The position numbers and the translations under genes were made by a program. From contig OZ245049.1 in assembly GCA_965224465.1 (NCBI GenBank), positions 2,940,001-2,972,000 of the forward strand: a stretch of DNA of 32,000 bases. Reading direction: 5' to 3'. This DNA comes from Flavobacteriaceae bacterium. GTDB lineage: Bacteria > Bacteroidota > Bacteroidia > Flavobacteriales > Flavobacteriaceae. The notes beneath the pieces were generated by a model. It made no database searches, was not told the DNA's origin, and saw only the letters and a program-made list of their open reading frames with translations. Shown here piece by piece: positions 10,007 through 18,812 of this stretch (positions are counted from its first letter, which is position 1; each line of letters starts with the position of its first letter).

Positions 10007-10313
10007 ATTCATAGAAGTACCAACAACTTTACCCCCAGTTAATCGGGAAGATAGTACCAAGTAAGCTACCACCACAACTACGAAAAGATATGTTGCTGCA
10101 GAAACTTAACATATGTTAACTTCTCTAATTGGAAGATGTCTTTTTATAAGAAAGCAGATAAGACCCAAACGATGCTAGTATTAATAAATGAACTTACATC
10201 TAAAATGACCTGTATAAATAATCTGCTTTACATTGTATAGAGTTAAAGAACAAAACGATAGTTAAGGATTTTCTTAGATTTTACGCCGAGATCAAACAAA
10301 AGATAATTTGATA

Positions 10314-10722
10314 TAGAAACCGATTGTCGCTTGGAAATGTATTTGGTATAACTCATAAAATAAGAATAGATCACAGGTAAAACAACATGTATGAGGCTGG
10401 TAAAACTAGGTTTTAAATTGCATCATAATGATATCCGCAAGGGAAACGTTGTAAAAAGATATTACGTAGCTAAAACACTATAAAAAGCACACAAGAAGCA
10501 TAGCGCAAATCATAATTCCTAACAATAATAAAGCAATCCTAGTAAAGACTGTTAGCTAATATATCAATTACAATCCGAAATAACCGAGATAAGTAGTTTA
10601 TTTTACGCGCTAGCGTTGATAAAAAATAGAACGAAAGCTATGGCTATACTCCCATTTTTCGCCTAGCTAAAACAGAAAATAATTCCATTTCTAAACAGTC
10701 AATTGGAAGTAAATTTGGTATT
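10314..10722 (+). repeat. diverged single unit of the ~412-bp repeat family, bounded by two promoter-like boxes
   Basis: ttggaaatgtatttggtata at 10331-10350 is identical to 13717-13736. The stretch 10575-10722 (aaataaccgaga...hairpin...box) aligns with every unit of the 11935-13750 array. Confidence 0.7.
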
Positions 10723-10938
10723 ACACCCAGAACGTATAAACCTAAAAAACAGTTATTTTATAGGTGGTTTTCCCCTTAATGAACATCCCCTTTTTGTATT
10801 AAAATGATAGAGCAGGCAAGGCTTCTCGGTGATAAAATGTTAAATTAGGCTTAAAAAAACATTAATGTTTCCCAAAAAACAGATGTGTATATGCATATAA
10901 ACTACATTTGGCAGAAATTAATAAACAAATTAAATATT

Positions 10939-11469
10939 ATGAAAACAAATTTTTTAAAAAAAGCAATTGTATTGACAGCTATTATCACCGTATTGGTAAG
11001 TTGTGGAAAAAAAGATGATGACGTTAAAAATAAAGCGGATATTGTTGGAGAATGGACAATGAAAAGTTTAAAAAGTACTACTACAATAAACTCAACAGTA
11101 AAAGGAAAGACCTTTGAAACAAAAATTACTGCAAATACGAATCAAACAAAGGTTATTTTTGCATTTAATAAAAACAAAGAAATTCATGCCAATGGAACTT
11201 ACAACCTTAAAATAACGGCTGTAGTCAATGGAAAAACTTCAACCAGTGAGATGAAAGACCAAAAAATAGTAGGTATGGAAGGTACTTGGAAAATAAAAGG
11301 TAATAAACTTAACATCACTGGTAAAGACAAAAAAGTACAGGAATACGTGATTAATTTACTAACTAAAAAAGAGTTAAAATTATCACTTGTAAAAAATAAA
11401 ACTAACACTATCTCTGGTGTAACAACGAAAGAAAAAACGTCAACTATCATTGAGTTAACAAGAAAATAA
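10939..11469 (+). CDS. lipocalin-like lipoprotein (paralog B)
   Basis: MKTNFLKKAIVLTAIITVLVSCGKKDD signal/lipobox. Homologous to 8508..9047. The tracked ORF starts at an upstream GTG (10885); the ATG at 10939 is the likelier start. Confidence 0.75.
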   Translation: MKTNFLKKAIVLTAIITVLVSCGKKDDDVKNKADIVGEWTMKSLKSTTTINSTVKGKTFETKITANTNQTKVIFAFNKNKEIHANGTYNLKITAVVNGKTSTSEMKDQKIVGMEGTWKIKGNKLNITGKDKKVQEYVINLLTKKELKLSLVKNKTNTISGVTTKEKTSTIIELTRK

Positions 11470-11477
11470 CAAAAAGT

Positions 11478-11506
11478 GGGGAATTATAACTAATTCCCCT
11501 TTTTTT
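11478..11506 (+). terminator. rho-independent terminator
   Basis: ggggaatt (11478-11485) and aattcccc (11492-11499) form the stem, followed by T7. Confidence 0.75.
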
Positions 11507-11564
11507 ATGCATTTTCCATCGATTTCTTAGTACAAGAAAACTCCCCATAAAGTAATAAACCACC

Positions 11565-11900
11565 ATGAAATAAACTTAATATTAAATATTTTATAGAACT
11601 AAACATCGCACTTTTTCTAATCTCCAACTTTGGTATATAAGGTAAATACATACAGTTACCTCCACCAGAAATTATTTGGATATGTAGTTATAATAGCAGT
11701 GCTAATTTAAGACCTTTATTATTAGTATAAAGGGTTATATTTCAAATTAAAGACACAAAAACTATCTTTTTAAGTGGTGTATTTATGGGGATCCACTAGG
11801 TCACCAATTTTTACACGTTACATCATTGCAATGTAGCCATCGGAACACTTTTATTATCCACATATCCAGTCAAAACCTTTCTAGAATCCCTTATTTTTCA
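11565..11900 (+). pseudogene. degraded copy of the 5' third of the EamA transporter gene
   Basis: Aligns with 9143-9490 at roughly 75-80% nucleotide identity by eye (for example aaattaaagacacaaaaa, ctttttaagtggtgt.tttatggg, aatgtagccatcggaa). It is riddled with stops and frameshifts and truncated after about codon 115. Confidence 0.8.
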
Positions 11901-11934
11901 CCTCACATGGTTCTCTGTATAATTATACATATAC

Positions 11935-13750
11935 CAAGACAAAACAACCAATATAATTAGTTTTTGTACGTTCTAGCGTTCTTGAAAAACAGAACGATAG
12001 CTAAGGAGAGCCTTCCATTTTTCACCTAAATAAAACAACAAATAATTACATACATATCTAAACCGTCACTTAGAAATATATTTGCTATTACTGGCTTCAA
12101 AAGTAACACCAGATTATGAGAGTAAGTACGGCAAAACATTGGATGAAATTTTAAGTTTAGGAACAGTTATCACGTATAAAATCGAAAATATGTTAACACA
12201 ATATATGGTACATAAATACTGATTTTTTACTCTTTATTTGTTAGCAAATGATAGTTATATTGCTCTTTTTATAGCTCGATCTATTCTACCTTGATTCCAT
12301 TATAAACACAAATAACAGCACTACTTTATCGCTACTTATATACCAATTACATGCCAAAATAACCGATAAAAATAGTATATATAACGTTCTATAGTTGTTG
12401 AAAACAGAAGGATCGCTGAGACTAGTCTTCCATTTTTAGACTAGCTAAAACAATAATTAAATACATACCTAAACTAATCATTTAGAAATATATTTAGTAT
12501 TACTGGCTTCAATAATAACACCAAATAATGAGAGTAATACGATCAAATATTGGATGGAATTTTAAGTATAGCCACCGTAATCGTGTCTAAAATTAGAATT
12601 ATTTTAGCACCAAAAACGGTACATAAACACTGTTTTTTCCTCTTTATTTTTAGCAAATGATAGTTATATTGCTCTTTTTATAGCTCAATCTATGCTACCC
12701 TGATTCCATTATAAACACAAATAACAGCACTACTTTATCGCTACTTCTATACCAACTACAAGCCAAAATAACCGATAAAAATAGTATATATAACGTTATT
12801 TAGTTGTTGAAAAACAGAACGATCGCTGGGACTAGTCTTCCATTTTTAGACTAGCTAAAACAACAAATAATTACATACATATCTAAACCATCACTTAGAA
12901 ATAAATTTGCTATTACTGGCTTCAATAATAACACCAAATAATGAGAGTAATACGATCAAATATTGGATGGAATTTCAAGTTTAGCCACCGTAATCGTGTC
13001 TAAAATTAGAATTATTTGAGCACAAAAAACGGTACATAAACACTGTTGTTCCCTCTTTATTTTTAGCAAATGATAGTTATATTGCTCTTTTTATAGCACG
13101 ATCTATGTCTACCCTGATTCCACAATAAACACAAAGAACAGCACTACTTTATCGCTACTTCTATACCAACTACAAGCCAAAATAACCGATAAAAATAGTA
13201 TATATAACGTTATTTAGTTGTTGAAAAACAGAACGATCGCTGGGACTAGTCTTCCATTTTTAGACTAGCTAAAACAACAAATAATTACATACATATCTAA
13301 ACCATCACTTAGAAATAAATTTGCTATTACTGGCTTCAATAATAACACCAAATAATGAGAGTAATACGATCAAATATTGGATGGAATTTCAAGTTTAGCC
13401 ACCGTAATCGTGTCTAAAATTAGAATTATTTTAGCACAAAAAACGATACATAAACACTGTTTTTTACTCTTTAATTATTAGAAAACGATAGTTATATTGC
13501 TCTTTTATAGCTCGATCTATGCTACCCTAATTGCATTATAAACACAAATAACAGCACTACTTAACGCTACATACATACCAATTACATGCCAAAATAACCG
13601 ATAAAAATAGTATATATAAGGTCCTAGCGGCATTGAAAAACAGAACGATAGCTGAGCCTGTCCTTCCATTTTTCACCTAATTAAAACAAAAAATAACAAC
13701 ATTTATAAACCGTCAATTGGAAATGTATTTGGTATATACGTCTCTGAAAA
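11935..13750 (+). repeat. tandem array of ~412-bp units, about 4.4 copies, non-coding
   Basis: The anchor acgtt.t..g occurs at 11968, 12384, 12793, 13207 and 13619 (spacings 416, 409, 414, 412). Units 3 and 4 are identical over their first ~240 nt. No ORF of 60 aa or more on either strand. Confidence 0.92.
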
Positions 13751-13820
13751 TTAAACGTAAGAACAAAAATTATGAGTAATAAAACAACAGTTGATTCAAG
13801 CTGTTTTGACACAATTAAAC

Positions 13821-13851
13821 AAAAAAAATCAGCCTTTTAAGACTGATTTTT
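13821..13851 (-). terminator. rho-independent terminator downstream of the skp-like gene
   Basis: aaaatcag (13825-13832) and ctgatttt (13843-13850). On the minus strand the hairpin is followed by a T8 run. Confidence 0.6.
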
Positions 13852-13876
13852 AATATATAATAGAAATAAATACGTC

Positions 13877-14392
13877 CTATTTTTTGTATTGAGCATTCAT
13901 TATTGTCAACATATCTTTGGTAACGCTCAAGGTTGAATCACCATACATTACAGTACCTTTTCCAGTAGTTCCCATAATTAAATGGTAGCCATTTTTTGTA
14001 GCAAAAATAGTCACTAAACTATCTAATAATTGAGTGATTTCTGCTGTACTATCTCTACCCATTTTTTGTAGATCCATGGTAGCTTGCTGTTGTTTTCCTT
14101 GTAACATTTGTTGTTCCATTTGTAAGGAAGCTTCCATTTCTTGTCTTTTCTTAGCATTCAATTTACTAGCTTTAGAATAATAGTTTTTCACTTTATTCTG
14201 AAAAATTGAAGATAAACTATCTAAACTTTTCGCCATTGTTTCTTGTTTTGCTTTGATGTCCAATTCAAGGTCTTTCATCCCCTCATATCCAGTCATCACT
14301 TTTTCTACATCCATGTAACCAATCTTTGTTTGATTACAAGAAGAAATCATTATTGCTAGTACAACAATGCTAATTACGTTTTTAATGTTCAT
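13877..14392 (-). CDS. OmpH/Skp-family periplasmic chaperone
   Basis: 171 aa with a signal peptide and a Q/K/E-rich coiled-coil core (QMEQQMLQGKQQQA), the typical size and composition for OmpH. Confidence 0.8.
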   Translation of the reverse strand: MNIKNVISIVVLAIMISSCNQTKIGYMDVEKVMTGYEGMKDLELDIKAKQETMAKSLDSLSSIFQNKVKNYYSKASKLNAKKRQEMEASLQMEQQMLQGKQQQATMDLQKMGRDSTAEITQLLDSLVTIFATKNGYHLIMGTTGKGTVMYGDSTLSVTKDMLTIMNAQYKK

Positions 14393-14599
14393 TATAAATA
14401 TTATTATTTCAAGCGAAGATAAAAATTACACGTTACAAATAACAACTAACGGATATAAAAAAATATAAAAGTTTAAAATACACGTAAATAAAATTGAGTT
14501 TGTCTTAAAAAACAAAAAAAAGAAGAAAACCGACAAAAAACAGCCTGTTTTAAGCCTTGTTTAAGAAGGTATCAAAATATTCTCGACACAGAAGACCTA

Positions 14600-17500
14600 A
14601 TTAAAGTAAAGCTTTAAATAACGAGCATCTAAATCAATTTTAATATAAAAAATAGCTGTTTTAGATAAAAAAGACAACGTTTAGAACAAAAAAGGACTTA
14701 AAATAGAATATTTCTACAAAATTGAGAACAACTCTAATTCGTTTTAATAATTAAAAAACCTATATATAAAAAACAGCACCTAATCAAGGTGAAGATTTCA
14801 AAGCATGTTTATACATCCTTCTAATAAAAACGAATTAAATGAAATATTAAAACAGGTTCTTATGTACAGAGTATAATACATTCCGTAAAAATTAAATTCA
14901 TAGATGACACACAATTATAAAGAATCAAACAATCATAAAGCAATTCTCTTTGCCCACAGGCAACAATAATCAGTAAGAATTCGCTTAGTAAATCAAGGAA
15001 ACAAACATAAACAATGAGTGATAAACACTTAAAAAACCAGTTGTAGAACCAAAAGAAAGTAGCAATTAGTCCTAAAAAAGAAGATTTCAAAAGAATTAAC
15101 AGGGCTTCGTAGCCAAAAAGAAGTCGTATTCCGTGTAAACACGAATAAAAAAGAACCAAAAAAAAGCCAACATAAACGGCTCAAACAATAGAAAAGCGGC
15201 TTCGCCTAGCTCACAAGTAACATTAATAGCAAAAATTAACGAAGAAAATGAAGGAAACAAACACAAATAACGAGGTAAACACACTTAAAAAATTGCTTTT
15301 AGAACCAAAAACAACCAACAATCAGTCCTAAAAAAGAGGATTTGAAAAGTATCAACAGAGCTTCGCAGCCTAAAAAACGTCATATTCCGTGTAAATACGA
15401 ATAAAAAAGAAGGAAAATAGCGAACATAATCAGACCAAACAATCGAAAAGTGACTTCCCCTAGCCTACAAGTATCATTAATAGCAAGAATTAACGAAGAA
15501 AATGAAAGAAACAAACACAAATAACGAGGCAAACACTCTAAAAAAATCAGTTGTAGAACCAAAAACAACCAACAAACAGTCCTAAAAAACAGGATTTGAA
15601 AAGCATTAACAGGGATTCGTAGCCTAAAAGGCATCCTGTTCCGTGTAAATACGAATAAAAAAAGAACCAAAAACAGCGAACATAAACAGCCCAAACAATA
15701 GAAAAGCGGCTTCGCCTAGATCACAAGTAACATTAATAGCAAAAATTAACGAAGAAAATGAAGGAAACAAACACAAATAACGAGGCAAACACACTTAAAA
15801 AATTGCTATTAGAACCAAAAACAACCAACAATCAGTCCTAAAAAAGAAGATTTGAAAAGTATCAACAGAGCTTCGCAGCCTAAAAAACGTCATATTCCGT
15901 GTAAATACGAATAAAAAAGAAGGAAAATAGCGAACATAATCAGACCAAACAATCGAAAAGTGACTTCCCCTAGCCTACAAGTATCATTAATAGCAAGAAT
16001 TCACGCAGAAAATAAAGGAAACAAATACAAATAACGAGGCAAACACACTGAAAAATTGCTTTTAGAACCAAAAGCAAGTACCAATTCATCATAAAAAAGA
16101 GGATTTGAAAAGCATCAAAAGGAATTCTCAGCCTAAAAGGCATCATATTCCGTATAAATACGGTTAAAAAAAGACCAAAAACAGCCAATACAAACAGCTC
16201 AAACAATAGAAAATCGGCTTCCCCTAGCCTACAAGTAACATTAATAGCGAAAATTTACACTAAAAACCAAGGGAACAATCTTAAATAACGAGGCAAACAC
16301 TCTAAAAAAATCAGTTGTAGAACCAAAAACAAGTACCAATTCATCATAAAAAAGAAGAATTCAAAAGCATTAACAGGGATTCGTAGTATAAAACGCATCC
16401 TGTTCCGTGTAAATACGAATAAAAAAAGAACCAAAAACAGCGAACATAAACAGCCCAAACAATAGAAAAGCGGCTTCGCCTAGCTCACAAGCAAGATTAA
16501 CAGCAAAAATTCACGCAGAAAATGAAGGAAACAATCATAAATAACGAGGCAAACAAACTTAAAAAATCAGTTTTAGAACCAAAAACAACCAACAACCAGT
16601 CCTAAAAAAGAGGATTTCAAAAGAATTAACAGGGATTCGTAGCCTAAAAAACGTCATATTTCGTGTAAATACGAATAAAAAAGAACCAAAAACAGCCAAC
16701 ACAAACATCTCAAACAATAGAAAAGCGGCTTCGCCTAGCTCACAAGTAACATTAATAGCAAAATTAACGAAGAAAATGAAGGAAACAAACACAAATAACG
16801 AGGCAAACACACTTAAAAAATTGCTATTAGAACCAAAAACAACCAACAATCAGTCCTAAAAAAGAGGATTTAAAAAGTATCAACAGAGCTTCGCAGCCTA
16901 AAAAACGTCATATTCCGTGTAAATACGAATAAAAAAGAAGGAAAATAGCGAACATAATCAGACCAAAAAATCGAAAAGTGACTTCCCCTAGCCTACAAGT
17001 ATCATTAATAGCAAGAATTCACGCAGAAAATAAAGGAAACAAATACAAATAACGAGGCAAACACACTGAAAAATTGCTTTTAGAACCAAAAGCAAGTACC
17101 AATTCATCATAAAAAAGAGGATTTGAAAAGCATCAAAAGGAATTCAGCCTAAAAGGCATCATATTCCGTATAAATACGGTTAAAAAAAGACCAAAAACAG
17201 CCAATACAAACAGCTCAAACAATAGAAAATCGGCTTCCCCTAGCCTACAAGTAACATTAATAGCGAAAATTTACACTAAAAACCAAGGGAACAATCTTAA
17301 ATAACGAGGCAAACACTCTAAAAAAATCAGTTGTAGAACCAAAAACAAGTACCAATTCATCATAAAAAAGAAGAATTCAAAAGCATTAACAGGGATTCGT
17401 AGTATAAAACGCATCCTGTTCCGTGTAAATACGAATAAAAAAAGAACCAAAAACAGCGAACATAAACAGCCCAAACAATAGAAAAGCGGCTTCGCCTAGC

Positions 17501-18540
17501 TCACAAGCAACATTAACAGCAAAAATTCACGCAGAAAATGAAGGAAACAATCATAAATAACGAGGCAAACAAACTTAAAAAATCAGTTTTAGAACCAAAA
17601 ACAACCAACAACCAGTCCTAAAAAAGAGGATTTGAAAAGCATTAACAAGGGTTCTCAGCCTAAAAGACGTCATATTCCGTGTAAATACGAATAAAAAAGA
17701 ACCAAAAACAGCCAATACAAACAGCTCAAACAATAGAAAAGCGGCTTCCCCTAGCCCACAAGTAACATTAATAGCAAAAATTTACACAGAAAATAAAGGA
17801 AACAAACACAAATAACGAGGCAAACACACTTAAAAAATTGCTTTTAGAACCAAAAGCAAGTAGCAATCAGTCCTAAAAAAGAGGATTTGAAAAGCATTAA
17901 CAGGGATCCGTAGCCTAAAAGGCATCCTGTTCCGTGTAAATACGGTTAAAAAAAGACCAAAAACAGCCAACACAAACAGCTCAAACAATAGAAAAGCGGC
18001 TTCCCCTAGCCCACAAGTAACATTAATAGCAAGAATTCACACTAAAAACCAAGGGAACAATCATAAATAACGAGGCAATCCCTCAAATAATATCGCTTTT
18101 AGAACCAAAAACAAGTAGCAATCAGTCCTAAAAAAGAGGATTTCAAAAGAATTAACAGGGATTCGTAGCCTAAAAGGCATCCTGTTCCGTGTAAATACGA
18201 GTAAAAAAGAAGCAAAAATAGCCAATACAAACGGCTCAAACAACAGAAAAGCGGCTTCCCCTAGCCTACAAGTAACATTAATAGCAAAAATTTACACAGA
18301 AAATAAAGGGAACAATCATAAATAACGAGGCAATCCCTCAAATAATATCGCTTTTAGAACCAAAAACAAGTAACAATCAGTCCTAAAAAAGAGGATTTGA
18401 AAAGCATCAAAAGAAATTCGTAGCCTAAAAGGCATCCTGTTCCGTGTAAATACGAGTAAAAAAGAAGCAAAAACAGCCAATACAAACGGCTCAAACAACA
18501 GAAAAGCGGCTTCCCCTAGCCTACAAGTAATACTAAACAG
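14600..18540. repeat. satellite-like tandem array of ~254-bp units
   Basis: The anchor aaataacgagg occurs at 15265, 15519, 15775, 16029, 16283, 16539, 16793, 17047, 17299, 17555, 17810, 18065 and 18320 (spacings 252-256). A degenerate unit sits at ~15008 and decayed units reach back to ~14600. The period is not a multiple of 3. Confidence 0.95.
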
Positions 18541-18668
18541 AAATAATTAACACAGAAATTCAAGAAAACAACAATATTCTGTATCTATTATCACTTAGAA
18601 ATCGTCATGAAATCAAAAACTAAAGAGAAATAAAACACATCTTAACACAAAAAAACCACGAATTCTAT

Positions 18669-18684
18669 AGTTCCACGTGGAACA
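18669..18684. other. parS-like ParB-binding palindrome (15/16 to the local consensus)
   Basis: AGTTCCACGTGGAACA. The local consensus TGTTCCACGTGGAACA differs from the classical parS TGTTNCACGTGAAACA at one base. Confidence 0.65.
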
Positions 18685-18755
18685 TAAGGCAATAAATATC
18701 CTGTTTCTAGATAAAAAACATCAACAAAGTAATAAAAGAAATAAAATACACGTAC

Positions 18756-18781
18756 AAAAAAGAGGCTAAAAAGCCTCTTTT
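18756..18781 (-). terminator. rho-independent (bidirectional) terminator after the methyltransferase gene
   Basis: agaggc (18761-18766) and gcctct (18773-18778), flanked by an A-run and a T-run. The minus-strand reading gives the hairpin followed by T6. Confidence 0.75.
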
Positions 18782-18812
18782 GTAGTGTTTACTATATAAA
18801 AAATCAAAGAAA

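Noticed and set aside
10700-10722. Reading the conserved box (ttggaag-taaat-ttgg, ttagaaatatatttgct) as a sigma-54 -24/-12 promoter.
   Set aside because: No copy has both the GG (-24) and GC (-12) dinucleotides at the right spacing. Copies with TTGG at -24 have TTGG rather than TTGC at -12, and the tandem copies have TTAG at -24. The Bacteroidetes sigma-A type -7 box (TAnnTTTG) fits better, though not in every copy.
11854-11862. A perfect DnaA box (TTATCCACA) inside the EamA pseudogene, and another at 28679-28687 inside the 3' end of rpiB.
   Set aside because: The first is isolated, with no neighbouring boxes or AT-rich tract. The second lies in coding sequence about 460 bp from the cluster and may or may not belong to it. 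Neither is used as evidence for the origin call.
14860-18498. Minus-strand ORFs of 60-104 aa listed in the track across the 254-bp array (for example 15380..15694, 16255..16458, 17271..17474, 18061..18243).
   Set aside because: They are by-products of a T-rich repeated strand. The period (252-256 bp) is not a multiple of 3, so frame and length differ from unit to unit. Several start at TTG. Their Phe/Leu-rich composition is what any frame of this strand gives. Only the short ATG-initiated 31-32 codon core is reported, and that as a low-confidence hypothesis.
11935-18540. Either tandem array as a CRISPR locus.
   Set aside because: There is no alternation of a short conserved repeat with unique spacers; the entire 254-bp or 412-bp unit is repeated. 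No cas genes are in the window. The gttgtt...aacaac termini of the 412-unit hairpin are only superficially reminiscent of type II repeats.
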